DNA of 53,841 nt from Eubacteriales bacterium (GCA_018383975.1 JAHAZT010000027.1:1-53841), one strand, 5' to 3'. Shown: positions 19,085 through 29,500, numbered from the stretch's first letter. Notes: generated by a model from the sequence alone, not told the origin. Program-made: numbers and translations.

Positions 19085-21598
19085 TCAATGAGCTTCATAC
19101 CAGTTCCTGCCCTGCGATATGTCAACCGTCAGCGGCACGGAAAGCGTCGCCGCGTGTTCCATTTCATATTTCAGAATTTCCTCGGCTCTGTCCGCACACG
19201 ACTCCGCCGCTTCGACTATAAGCTCGTCGTGAACCTGCAAAATAAGTCTTGCATCGAGTTTTTCCTCTTTCAGACGTTTATCAACGGCAACCATCGCCAT
19301 TTTGATAATGTCTGCCGCCGCGCCCTGAATAGGACTGTTCATAGCGACTCTTTCTCCGAAGGCTATCTCATTTTTTCTGTGTGATTTCAACTCCGGAATA
19401 TATCTGCGACGACCGAAAAGCGTTGTCACATAGCCGTTCTTTTTTGCTTCTTCAACCACGTCGGAAAGATATTTTCTTATCTTCGGATATGACTGAAGAT
19501 AGCTTTCTATATACTCCGCCGCCTGCCTGCGACTTATATGCAAATCCGTGGCAAGCGAGAATTCGCCCATTCCGTACATTATTCCGAAATTGACGGCTTT
19601 TGCTCTCTTGCGCATTTCAATCGTAACTTCATCCTTTGAAACGCCGAACATTTTCATCGCCGTTGACGAGTGAATGTCAAAACCGGAAAGAAACGCCTCA
19701 CGCATATTTTCGTCGTCCGAAACGGCACAAAGTATGCGCAGCTCTATCTGCGAATAGTCCGCGTCTATAAGCACTCTTCCGTCACGCGTCGGGACGAAAA
19801 ACTTACGGAACTCTCTTCCCAGCTCGGTTTTTATCGGAATGTTCTGAAGATTCGGCTCCGCAGAGGAAAGCCTTCCCGTCGCCGTGACAGCCTGCTTGAA
19901 GCGCGTATGCACTCTGCCGTTTTCGTCGGCAGCTTCTATAAGCCCGTCCGCATAAGTGCTTTTGAGTTTTCCGTCCGCACGGTATTCGAGAATGTAGTCT
20001 ATAATGGGAGAAAACGGTCGGAGCGATTCAAGCACTTCGGCACTTGTCGAATATCCGCTTTTCGTTTTTTTACCGGTCGGCAGGTGCATATCGTCAAAAA
20101 GCACCGCGCCGAGCTGCTTCGGCGAATTTATATTGAATTCCGTTCCCGCAAGCATATAAATCTGTGTTGCGAGTTGTTCCTGTGCTTCGCCGAGTGCCGA
20201 TGAAAACTCTGCGAGCTTTTCCGTATCGACCTTAAACCCCTCGCTCTCCATTTCGTAAAGAACGTTTGCGAGAGGAAACTCCGTCTTTTTATACAGCTTC
20301 ATTTGTCCGGTTTTTTCAAGCTCGGCGGTAAAAACGCCGTAAAGCGAATATATATAATAAGCCTCCGACGCCTTGTCCTTCACTTCCGCGCCAAGATATC
20401 TCGAAACCGCTTTTTCAAGAGAAACATCGCCGACGCCGCCCATACAGAGATAACCCATAAGCATTACGTCATCCTTGCAGGAGGAAAAATCAACGCCGTA
20501 TTTTTCAAGCTGATGACGGGTTTCCTTTACGTCATAGCATACAAGACGCGCCCCGCCGCTGAAAAGACTTTTGTTTTGCGCAATTCCGCTTATGCAAAGC
20601 AATTTCCCTTCATGTGCGAGATATATTTTATCGTTTTCAAAATCTATCGAACAACCGCAGACGACGCTTGCGTCTATATCGTTCGCCGTCGACTCCTCTG
20701 CCTCCGGAACCTCCGGAAGTTTATCTGCACTTGCTGCCTCACCGAGTCCGAAGCGCTTTATAAAACCCGAAAAATCAAGTTTTCGGAACATTTCGTAAAG
20801 CGCGGCACCGTCGATACCTTTGTATTCAACCTCGTCAAGCGACGGCAAAGACGGAACATTTTTATCTATGGTCGCAAGCGTGCGCGAAAGAAATACCGCG
20901 TCCTTGCTCTGCTCAAGCTTCGATTTTACACCGGCGGAGAGTGTGCCCGTCGCATAGATTTCGTACAGACGGTCAATATTTCCATATTCTTCAATCAGCT
21001 TTCCCGCCGTTTTTTCGCCTATTCCCGCCGCGCCGGGAATGTTGTCCGAGCTGTCGCCCATCAGCGCCTTCATATCGACAAACTGCGAAGGGTAGATGCC
21101 GTATTTCGCGCGGAATGCTTCAACGTCATATTTTACGGAGTCTCCCGTCGTTGCAAGCAGAACGGTTGTATTGTCATTTATAAGCTGAAGCGAGTCTTTA
21201 TCCCCCGTGACAATATATGTCATAACGTCGCTTTCCCCGCATATGCGCGAATAAGTGCCGAGAATGTCGTCCGCTTCATAGCCCGAAAGCTCAACGCAAT
21301 GCGCCCCCATTGCACGAAGACACTCCTTTGCGGGAGCGAACTGCGAAAGCAATTCCGGCGGCGTTACGTGCCTGCCCGCCTTGTATTCGGCAAACATTTT
21401 GTGTCGGAACGTCGGCGCATGAACGTCGAAAGCAACGACAAAATAGTCCGGATCAAGCTCCGTTACGTGCTTTGAAATTATATTTATCATTCCGTAAATC
21501 GCGTTTGTCGGCGTACCGTCCCTTGCGGTCAGTCCGCGGACGCCGTAATATGCGCGGTTTATTATGGAGTTTCCGTCAACGCAAAGCATTTTCTTCAT
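19085..21598 (-). CDS. polA: DNA polymerase I
   Basis: 5'-3' exonuclease 'DGNSIINRAYY' and 'EADDILGT'; polymerase motifs 'DADYSQIELR', 'RKRAKAVNFGIMYG', 'QVHDEL'. Confidence 0.98.
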   Translation of the reverse strand: MKKMLCVDGNSIINRAYYGVRGLTARDGTPTNAIYGMINIISKHVTELDPDYFVVAFDVHAPTFRHKMFAEYKAGRHVTPPELLSQFAPAKECLRAMGAHCVELSGYEADDILGTYSRICGESDVMTYIVTGDKDSLQLINDNTTVLLATTGDSVKYDVEAFRAKYGIYPSQFVDMKALMGDSSDNIPGAAGIGEKTAGKLIEEYGNIDRLYEIYATGTLSAGVKSKLEQSKDAVFLSRTLATIDKNVPSLPSLDEVEYKGIDGAALYEMFRKLDFSGFIKRFGLGEAASADKLPEVPEAEESTANDIDASVVCGCSIDFENDKIYLAHEGKLLCISGIAQNKSLFSGGARLVCYDVKETRHQLEKYGVDFSSCKDDVMLMGYLCMGGVGDVSLEKAVSRYLGAEVKDKASEAYYIYSLYGVFTAELEKTGQMKLYKKTEFPLANVLYEMESEGFKVDTEKLAEFSSALGEAQEQLATQIYMLAGTEFNINSPKQLGAVLFDDMHLPTGKKTKSGYSTSAEVLESLRPFSPIIDYILEYRADGKLKSTYADGLIEAADENGRVHTRFKQAVTATGRLSSAEPNLQNIPIKTELGREFRKFFVPTRDGRVLIDADYSQIELRILCAVSDDENMREAFLSGFDIHSSTAMKMFGVSKDEVTIEMRKRAKAVNFGIMYGMGEFSLATDLHISRRQAAEYIESYLQSYPKIRKYLSDVVEEAKKNGYVTTLFGRRRYIPELKSHRKNEIAFGERVAMNSPIQGAAADIIKMAMVAVDKRLKEEKLDARLILQVHDELIVEAAESCADRAEEILKYEMEHAATLSVPLTVDISQGRNWYEAH

Positions 21599-21669
21599 AA
21601 TCGCTTCAGTCCTCTTTTCCGATTGTTAAGCATAGTATATCACATTTTTTATTATTTGCAAACAAAATC

Positions 21670-21698
21670 TTGACAAATCGAAAAGCTTTTGCTATAAT
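21670..21698 (+). promoter_or_regulatory. Consensus sigmaA promoter of tRNA-Thr
   Basis: TTGACA (21670-21675), 17-nt spacer ending TGc, TATAAT (21693-21698). Confidence 0.9.
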
Positions 21699-21711
21699 AA
21701 CATTCGCCGAC

Positions 21712-21787
21712 GCTACTATGGCTCAGTTGGCAGAGCGCGTCCTTGGTAAGGACGAGGTCGCCGGTCCGAATCCGGCTAGTAGCTCCA
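21712..21787 (+). tRNA. tRNA-Thr (GGT)
   Basis: 76 nt; acceptor stem GCTACTA/TAGTAGC, anticodon arm CGTCC-TTGGTAA-GGACG, T arm GCCGG/CCGGC, encoded CCA. Confidence 0.96.
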
Positions 21788-21816
21788 AAAATCCCGCACT
21801 TGCGTGCGGGATTTTT
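21787..21816. terminator. Bidirectional terminator after the tRNA
   Basis: AAAAATCCCGCAC-TTGC-GTGCGGGATTTTT. Confidence 0.88.
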
Positions 21817-21824
21817 ATTTTTCT

Positions 21825-22373
21825 CTATTTCAGCGGCAAAAGCATTAAAACAATCTCCTGCCAGCCCGCTTTGTGCAGGCGGAATCCTTTCGGGTTTCTT
21901 CCGTACTCGATAAATCCGAGGCTTTTATAAAGGCTCACAGCGGCGACATTGTCCGAAACAACATCCAGCTCAAGCTGCTCATATCCGGCGTTTTTTGCGC
22001 ACTCTATGCACGCCTCCGCGAGCGCCCTGCCGATTCCGAGTCCGCAGAAGTCTTTTTCAACGCTTATCCCGAACTCCGCGCGATGGCTGACTTTTTCCTT
22101 TCTTCCGACGGCGTCGATCCCGGCCGTTCCGACGACTCTGCCGTCAACAATGGCACACATCTCTATCTCTCTTTCGCTTTCTTCCTTTGAGGAAAGATAA
22201 ATCCTTTCCATCCCGATCTCCATAATATCCCCGTCCGACTGCGACGGAAGAAAATCTGTCTCTTCGTGTGTCAGACGGAATATTCTGCAAACTTCTCCGG
22301 CGTCGGCAGCCGTTGCATTTTTCAAAACACAGCTGCGACCGTCCTTCAGAGCAACAGTCTTTTCAAACCTCAT
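21825..22373 (-). CDS. GNAT family N-acetyltransferase
   Basis: 'HRAEFGISV', 'GLGIGRAL', 'LDVVSDNVAAVSLYKSLGF'; TAATG coupling to the SDR stop. Confidence 0.9.
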   Translation of the reverse strand: MRFEKTVALKDGRSCVLKNATAADAGEVCRIFRLTHEETDFLPSQSDGDIMEIGMERIYLSSKEESEREIEMCAIVDGRVVGTAGIDAVGRKEKVSHRAEFGISVEKDFCGLGIGRALAEACIECAKNAGYEQLELDVVSDNVAAVSLYKSLGFIEYGRNPKGFRLHKAGWQEIVLMLLPLK

Positions 22374-23152
22374 TATTTCTTTCTCCCGTACGGTTTTTTC
22401 TGCTGACGACACCACGTTTTCATAACAAAGTTATGTGAAAGGTGCTTGACGGCAAAAACCTGAAGTCTTGCGGCGGCGCCGCAAACGGAAACCTTTTTGT
22501 GCTTTTTCATATCCTTTATAGCACGGCTGACAACCTGCTCCGCCGTGTAATAATGACTGTAATACGTTATGACGGAGTCATCCTCGACCGCGTGGTCAAA
22601 GAATTCCGTCTTTACCCAGAACGGGCACACCGCCATAACATCAATTCCCTTCGGAGCAAGCTCTGCCGCAAGTCCCTGCGAAAAGCTGAGTACAAACGCC
22701 TTGCTTGCTGCGTAAACGTTGATATATGGCACGGGCTGGAACGCCGAAAGCGAACCCATTTCATATATCTGGCTTCCGTTTTTCATATAAGGAATCGATT
22801 TGTATGTCATGCCGACAAGCGCCATATCGTTCAGCTCTATCATCTGATAATATGTTTCAAGAGGCATATCCGTCGTTGCCGCAAATTTGCCAAAGCCTCC
22901 GGCGTTTACAAGCACCTCTATTTCCGGATTTTCCTCTTCAAGCATTTTTCCGTATGTCTCTATGCTTTCCTTCTTCGTAAGGTCGAGAGAGAGCGGTCTT
23001 ATCTGCGCGCGCGTTTTGCCTTTCAGCTCTTCAAGACGGTCAAGCCTGCGGGCAATGACCCATATCTCGTCAAAATTATGGCAGGCATCAAGCTGAAAAA
23101 CAAATTCTCTTCCCATTCCGGAGGACGCCCCTGTTATAACGGCAATTTTCAT
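22373..23152 (-). CDS. Short-chain dehydrogenase/reductase
   Basis: 'TGASSGMG', 'LVNAGG', catalytic 'YAASK'. Confidence 0.92.
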   Translation of the reverse strand: MKIAVITGASSGMGREFVFQLDACHNFDEIWVIARRLDRLEELKGKTRAQIRPLSLDLTKKESIETYGKMLEEENPEIEVLVNAGGFGKFAATTDMPLETYYQMIELNDMALVGMTYKSIPYMKNGSQIYEMGSLSAFQPVPYINVYAASKAFVLSFSQGLAAELAPKGIDVMAVCPFWVKTEFFDHAVEDDSVITYYSHYYTAEQVVSRAIKDMKKHKKVSVCGAAARLQVFAVKHLSHNFVMKTWCRQQKKPYGRKK

Positions 23153-23188
23153 ATCTATCAAAAACTCCTTTTCCCTTTGTTCAGACAA

Positions 23189-23217
23189 ATTTTATCACAA
23201 CGCACCTCTGTTGTCAA
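23189..23217 (-). promoter_or_regulatory. sigmaA promoter of the SDR-GNAT operon
   Basis: Minus strand TTGACA, 17-nt spacer ending TGa, TAAAAT. Confidence 0.8.
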
Positions 23218-23279
23218 CAGTTTTGCCGCGCAAAAGAAAAGCACCCCGCAAGAGGCGCTTTCATTTTTTAAGAGCGTAT

Positions 23280-25577
23280 TCAGTTGCTTGCTACATAGGA
23301 CGAAAGATCCGTCGGAACTTCAATATACGCGCCGACTTCGGGACTCCATATGCCGACCTGATCCAAGCACTTTTTCGTTATCAGGGTCTTGTTTCCTCCG
23401 ACAAGACTGAATTCGAGACCGATATGGAAGCTTGTCCAATACCCTGTAAAGTAACCGTTTTCGTCAATTCCAAACGAAATTGTCGGAACCATATAATGAT
23501 ACTCCTTTGCAGAGCCGAGAATCGTCTTTCCGTATCTCTCGCGGACAGCCTGCTCAAGCTCCTCGATGTCGCTTCCGTAGACCTCGCCGAAATCAAACTC
23601 ACCGAGATTTATCTTTATCTGCATCGATCCGCTGTCGAACGTTATTACTTCCGCTTTTTCAAACAGTTCTTTGGGAAGCATATTCCTTATATCATCTATC
23701 GAAGGCAGGAGCAGATAACTGTCTGATTCATCGGAAATATTGTATCTGGTCTTTTGCCCGCCTGCGTTCAGATACTCTGTTTTGTCATTTCTGTAAACGG
23801 CTGCCTCGCGCGTTTTTCCGTCTTCCTCTATTTTAATTTCGCCGGATCCGATGATAACGCCGCTGGTAAGTCCCTTTACGTCGCCGCCGAAACGCACGTT
23901 CAATTCGCTCTTGACGCCATCGAATTCGTATTTTGCGTTGTTTATCATATAGTATTTATAAGAGTCGCGGTCCTCTGTCTTCATCAGAGCTCTCATAAGC
24001 AGATAATACGCTTCGTTTTCAAGCTTATAATCGTCAAGATTGCCCGGAACGTCAACCTTGACCTTCGCTCCCGTGTTCAGAATCTTTGTATCAACCTGCG
24101 CCGCAGAGGAGGAAAGCGTCGTTCCGTCAGCATTTTTGAGTACAAGATCGTAGCTGACGGAATGTTCGCAGATTATGCCGTCCGAGTCTATCGTAACGGA
24201 GATCAGTGCATTCGAAATTTCATATCCGTAATTGTATTCTTCGTATTCCGAAAGAGTATCGGCAACACTTCTGAAACAACGGAGAAACTCCTTCTGATCA
24301 AGCACAATGCCGGTTATCTTTGTTTTGCCCAATACCGTTTCGACCTCAACGTCATCAAACGCTTTTTTCGGAAGCTCAACAAGGAGCTCCTTGAAAGGCG
24401 AAACAAGGTTGTAAGCGGCTATCGGCTCAACCTCAATATCAAATTTTCCGTTACCGACTCCGGCAACTGTAACATAAGCATAGCCGTTCTCGTTATAAAC
24501 GGAAACTCTGCCGCTTGACAGAGAGCCTTTGGATTCAACATATCCGGAAGCTATGGGCTTCCCGGTATCAAAGCCGGATATTTTTGCCCCTGACGAAACC
24601 TCTGTCAAAACGCTTACGCCAAGATACGATGTTGCCGTCGCCTTTGACAGCATAGCATACTCAACGGCGCTGAGACTTCTCGTTTTTCTGAAAGCGTTGA
24701 GATATGCCTTATATGCGTCTGCCGCAGAAAAATAACTGTCTATATCAGCCGGCACGTCAACCTTGACCTCCGCTCCGGGATTGACAAATTCTATTTCTAT
24801 CGAAGCGTTAAGCTCTATATCTTCATCTTCCTCTGTTTTTGAAGCTTCGTCTTTGACAAGCGTATAGTCGAGGCTGTATTTCGATATATATCCGTCGCTG
24901 CCGATGCACACATTTACGTTGACGCCGCGGAATGACATTTCCGATAGCGAGGAATAATCATCCTCTTCAATGAATTTGAGAAAGCTCTCAAGCGCTTCTT
25001 TATAACTGCTCTTGAACTGCTCCGAAGTCAGCTCGAAGGCGATTGTCTTTGTGCCGTCATCGTTTTCAACGATATTGACATCCTTTAAAATCTCCTCTGG
25101 AAAAGCAACGATTGATTTTTTCGTCATCGAGGAAAGGTTGTATGTAATTGCTTCGGGAGAGTCGATTGCAATCTTCTTTTTTGACAGTTTTGCAATATCG
25201 ATATATGCCATTCCGTCCGCATTGTAAACAGATGCGCTGACCGTGACCCCGCCAATTGACAGATCGACAACGCCCGATGAAACGGGTTTTTTATCATTTA
25301 TGCCGACGGTCTTTGCGTGCGTTTTGACATCAATTCCGATTTCCTCTTCGCCATTGACCATCGAAACGTCCATTTTGCAGTTATATTCAACGGCACTGAG
25401 CGCTTTTGTTTTTCCGTAAGCATCAGAAAATATATCGTACGCCGTTTTCTTAACAGGCACTATGACTTCGGCTTCGGTTGTCGATGTGGTTGTTTGCTGG
25501 GTTTTTCCGCAAGCTGTGAGAATAAGCGCGGAAGCGGCAATAGCGAGCGCGAGTATAAAAACAGTGATTTTCTTCAT
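23280..25577 (-). CDS. Large lipoprotein with three tandem homologous domains
   Basis: Lipobox 'LTAC'; three units of about 240 aa, each starting 'AY....A..KT......Y' and ending 'V.VP.....Y'. Confidence 0.8.
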   Translation of the reverse strand: MKKITVFILALAIAASALILTACGKTQQTTTSTTEAEVIVPVKKTAYDIFSDAYGKTKALSAVEYNCKMDVSMVNGEEEIGIDVKTHAKTVGINDKKPVSSGVVDLSIGGVTVSASVYNADGMAYIDIAKLSKKKIAIDSPEAITYNLSSMTKKSIVAFPEEILKDVNIVENDDGTKTIAFELTSEQFKSSYKEALESFLKFIEEDDYSSLSEMSFRGVNVNVCIGSDGYISKYSLDYTLVKDEASKTEEDEDIELNASIEIEFVNPGAEVKVDVPADIDSYFSAADAYKAYLNAFRKTRSLSAVEYAMLSKATATSYLGVSVLTEVSSGAKISGFDTGKPIASGYVESKGSLSSGRVSVYNENGYAYVTVAGVGNGKFDIEVEPIAAYNLVSPFKELLVELPKKAFDDVEVETVLGKTKITGIVLDQKEFLRCFRSVADTLSEYEEYNYGYEISNALISVTIDSDGIICEHSVSYDLVLKNADGTTLSSSAAQVDTKILNTGAKVKVDVPGNLDDYKLENEAYYLLMRALMKTEDRDSYKYYMINNAKYEFDGVKSELNVRFGGDVKGLTSGVIIGSGEIKIEEDGKTREAAVYRNDKTEYLNAGGQKTRYNISDESDSYLLLPSIDDIRNMLPKELFEKAEVITFDSGSMQIKINLGEFDFGEVYGSDIEELEQAVRERYGKTILGSAKEYHYMVPTISFGIDENGYFTGYWTSFHIGLEFSLVGGNKTLITKKCLDQVGIWSPEVGAYIEVPTDLSSYVASN

Positions 25578-25603
25578 TTATGAGTTTCTTTCTGCCATAG
25601 CTT

Positions 25604-25642
25604 AAAAAAAGCCGCCGTAATCAGATCGAAAACGGCGGTTTT
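25604..25642 (-). terminator. Intrinsic terminator
   Basis: Minus strand CCGCCGT...ACGGCGG followed by C and seven T. Confidence 0.75.
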
Positions 25643-25655
25643 GACATTTTGCTTA

Positions 25656-26063
25656 TCAAAGATATGCTTTCAGATCTTCGGGTAGCTCCTCTTCCTTTAC
25701 GGAAGATGTAAGTACAAGATTTATTCCCGCATGGTCGGCAAAGGCGGCGGCTGAGCGGACAAACTTTGCAAGACCTTCGACGGTATCGTCACACATTTTT
25801 ATTGCAGAATCGATAAAGACGTGCGTTATGTCGTGATTTGATGCGTAAATGCCGCACACAAAACCGTAAAGAGCGTCCGAACCGGAAATACCGTATTCGG
25901 ATGTATTCATAAGCCTTGCTTTGTACGTTACGTCGAAACGGAGCTTATCGCCTTTTTCAAGACATACGACCGCACCGTTTGAAGAGGAAGCTGCGGAATT
26001 GACCATTTCGATGAGCGTTTTTGTTTTTCCCGTGCCTTTCAGGCCTACAATGAGTTTAGTCAA
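25656..26063 (-). CDS. Small P-loop NTPase-like conserved hypothetical protein
   Basis: N-terminal 'LIVGLKGTGKTK', 'LYGFVCGIYASNHDITHVFIDS'; probable TTG start after AGAAAGAG. Confidence 0.8.
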   Translation of the reverse strand: MTKLIVGLKGTGKTKTLIEMVNSAASSSNGAVVCLEKGDKLRFDVTYKARLMNTSEYGISGSDALYGFVCGIYASNHDITHVFIDSAIKMCDDTVEGLAKFVRSAAAFADHAGINLVLTSSVKEEELPEDLKAYL

Positions 26064-26078
26064 GATAATCACTCTTTC

Positions 26079-26131
26079 TCAGCGGATTTGGATTTTTTAT
26101 TCCTGCGCTCGTCCGCTGACAATGGCGCAGG
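26079..26131 (-). ncRNA. Candidate H-type pseudoknot 5' leader
   Basis: Crossed perfect helices CCTGCGC/GCGCAGG (7 bp) and TCAGCGGA/TCCGCTGA (8 bp), between promoter and RBS. Confidence 0.55.
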
Positions 26132-26146
26132 CTGTTATCTGTTATT

Positions 26147-26175
26147 ATGATACTACAAACGCGTGAATTTTGCAA
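26147..26175 (-). promoter_or_regulatory. sigmaA promoter
   Basis: Minus strand TTGCAA, 17 nt, TATCAT. Confidence 0.6.
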
Positions 26176-26221
26176 GTAATATTTTCGGTAAATTGATTAA
26201 ATATTTTTGAACTTTGCGATT

Positions 26222-26413
26222 TTATTCCTTCGGAATGATGTTTTTAATCATTTTTTCGGCTTTTATCCTCGGAATTATAACGTCCCTGCCGCATTTTGCA
26301 CAGCGCAGCTTGATATCCGACCCCGCATAAAGCACGGAAAAGCGTTTTTCGCCGCATGGGTGTGATTTTTTCATTACTACGACATCGCCGACACTTATTT
26401 TCGGTATTATCAC
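26222..26413 (-). CDS. DUF951 family protein
   Basis: 'VGDVVVMKKSHPCG', 'GSDIKLRCAKCGR'; start (GTG 26413 or 26422) uncertain. Confidence 0.88.
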   Translation of the reverse strand: MIIPKISVGDVVVMKKSHPCGEKRFSVLYAGSDIKLRCAKCGRDVIIPRIKAEKMIKNIIPKE

Positions 26414-26477
26414 AAAAGTCACTTCCCTTCGCTTTTATTATACCACATGCGCACGAAAAAAGGCAACACCTTTATTA

Positions 26478-26509
26478 AGAAAAACGGCGGAATTTTCCGC
26501 CGTTTTTCT
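26478..26509 (-). terminator. Terminator after the glucan synthase gene
   Basis: AGAAAAACGGCGGA-ATTT-TCCGCCGTTTTTCT. Confidence 0.8.
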
Positions 26510-29500
26510 CTATTTTTTAACCGTGATTCTGACAGAGTGATTTTTCCCGTCGGGATAAAAAACCGTTTCCGAAACTGGCTTCCCCTTTGATATCGTCTCG
26601 CCGTCAAGACAAACGGCGTTTTCTTCGCCGATTGAAACGCAAACACGGTAAACGCTTTTTCCTTTTGTTATCTCAAGCGAAAATCCGTCAAATGACTCAG
26701 AAAGCACCGGCGAAATATAAAATCCGCCGTCGACCTCTTTGTAACCGCAGAGCGACGATATCACCGCCGTCCTGTACCAGCCTGCTGCTCCGGTATACCA
26801 ACTCCATCCGCCGCGTCCGGCATTTCTTCTGTATGAGCCGACGTCGCCGCACAAAACGTAAGGCTCCGCTCCGTAACGGATAAGACGTTTTTCGCTTTTG
26901 ATGGCAGGGTTTATCGCTCTCAGCATTTCATAAGCGACGCCGCCCTCTCCTATTCCGGCTGTCGCCATCGCACCCCATATCGCAGCGTGTGTATACTGAC
27001 CGCCGTTTTCTCTTATGCCGGGCGGATATCCTTTTATATATCCCGGCGAACGGAGAGTTTTATCAAACGGAGGAGAAAGCAACTTTATAATGCCGAGGTC
27101 CCTGTCATAAAGCTCGTTTATTGCCGTCGTTATCGCGATTTTTGCCCGTTCCGACGGGTTCCCGTCCGCGCAAAGGACGGAAAATGCCTGCGGAAGAATG
27201 TCTGTCCGGCACTCGTCGCAGGTTTTTGAGCCGAGAGGAGATCCGTCATCAAAAAATCCGCGCAGATACCTGTCGCCTTCAAAGCAGTACATTTCAACTG
27301 CTTCTTTCAGTATAGCAGAAGTTTTTTCAAATCTTTCGGCGTTTTCTCCGTCGCCGCGCTCCGCGCAAATAACGGCAAACGCCGAAAGCCTTGCCGCCGC
27401 AAACTGGGAAAGCCAGACGCTCTCTCCCTTTCCGCCCTTACCGACCTCGTTCATTCCGTCATTCCAGTCGCATGTGCCGAAGAGCGAAAGCCCCTTGTCG
27501 CCCAATCTGCAAAGTCTCTCCGCCGCTCGCAAAAGGTGAACAAAGAGCGGATATTTTTCTTCCGTAAATCTGCCGAATTCGTATCTTTCAATTTCTCTTG
27601 AGTCAAGCGGAGGAGACGAAACAAACGGCAGGCGAATATCCAGCAGCGACATATCGCCGCTGCGGCGGATATACTCCTCTGCTCCGTAAAGCAGCCAAGC
27701 GCAATCATCGGAGCAACGGGTTCTTATGCCGTAATGACCGCCGCCGCCCTCATAGAGATTATGCCACCAATGCATAACGTCACCCTCTTCATACTGATGA
27801 CACGCGCAGAAAATTATCTGCTTTTTCAGCATATCCCCGCCGACGGAAAGGCAGTCCTGAAGCTGGTCGCGGAAGCCGTAAGCCCCGCCGTTCTGATAAA
27901 AGCCCGTCCTTGCCGTAATTCTTGAAGCGACGCATTGATAATTGAACCACCGGTTCACCGTCATATCAAAAACAGGGTCGGACGTTTTTATTGTCACGTC
28001 CGGTTTAATATCCGTGCAGGCACGCGATTTTTCACCGGAAAGAAAGGCCTCTCTGCAATATTTTCCGTCAGAGTCGGTGCGATAAGCAAACAATGCAAAA
28101 CCGCATGACACCGTCCTTTTTCCGACGGTAAGCTCCGCGCCGACCGCGGCGCAGTCAGCGACCCCGCCAAACACCGCACCTGCGCTTTTCAATGCCGCCG
28201 TGTCCGTATACACACGACTTTTATCGGCGTCTGTCATAATACAAATTTTCGGCGCGATTTTCTCACCGCAGACTCTTTTTACGGAAACCGTCCCACGCTC
28301 CGCATTTGCCGAAAACAGATACTGTCTTGCCTTTGCCGCCGACGCCCCGAGACAAGCCGTCACGGAATATATTATTTCAACAGATTGTTCCGTATCCGCA
28401 CTGAGTTTTACGGAAATATATTTCATTGCGAGCTTTTCGTCAAGCGTGACCTCAACCGTATAGCTAATCCCGCAAGCCCTTCCGACATATTTCACTCCGC
28501 CGAAAAAGTAATCTGCGTATGCCGCGCAGGCACACATATCAAAATCCGATATACGACCCGCGTCGTTTGTGATACGCATTATCAGCAGCTCGCCGCCGTC
28601 CTCGGTCATAGCTCTGCCGTCGTGCGGTGTCAGCTTTTGCAGAGAGCTGTTTGCGCCGAATGTAAAGCCGAGCGAATTCTGCGTTGCGACAAAACCCGCT
28701 GTTCCTGTCGACACTATCTGCGCCCATGGGCGTTTTATCTCCTTCTTGTTGCAGAAAAAACCGTTGCGATGAAATACCCCTCCGATAACCTTTTTAACAG
28801 CCCCGTCTGCAATAGGCGCGTTGCAATCGGTTATATCGCGGAACGGCGGACGGCAAAGCATTTTCTTTGTTTCGTCCGATATCGGTGTGAAATATTTATT
28901 TGAAAAAAGCGTTGCGGAAAGAGGCTGCGAGCTGTCGCATACCGCTCCGCACATTCTCTCAAGAGCGAATTTTTCAGATCCGGTAAGCTTATCGGCGTTT
29001 ATCGGAAAAATCCCGCCGTCGACGGAAATAAAGCTTTCGCACCCCATATCTTTCACGAGCTTTTTTATATGTGAAAGCGCACTTTGCCTGTATTCATCAA
29101 TCTCTCTGTAAAAAATCAGAAGGTCAAAACGCAAGCCTCTTATGCAGGCATAGCGGAACATTCCGATAATCGCTTTGAGGTTTTCGCTCCGCTTTCCCCC
29201 GAAACGGAAAAACCTGACCGCCAGCATCGGCAACTCTCCCGATAATGAAAACCTGTAAAAATCGCTCGTTTTTATCTGACGGGAAAGCATTTCGCCCATA
29301 CCGGCTCCCTCCGCCTGCGGAAAATAAACGGCTCTCAGCAGATATCTTTCCATAGCGTCCGCATAAACTCCTATGCCGGCGGCGGACTTCATCATTGCAC
29401 ATATGCTTTCAAGCGATGTTTTTTCACGTTTTTTTCCGAGAAAATAGAGCAGGTCGTCTTTGTTTTTGGAATAACCTATCGAAAATATCGCCGAACGGCT

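Noticed and set aside
20303-21475. Long antisense ORFs (this 390-aa one, also 12839-13837, 22442-23410, 48164-49153, 38079-38819)
   Set aside because: They shadow well-supported genes on the opposite strand and have no recognisable motifs.
21787-25577. Genomic island integrated at tRNA-Thr
   Set aside because: No integrase and no repeat of the tRNA 3' end is visible; the tRNA is followed directly by its terminator.
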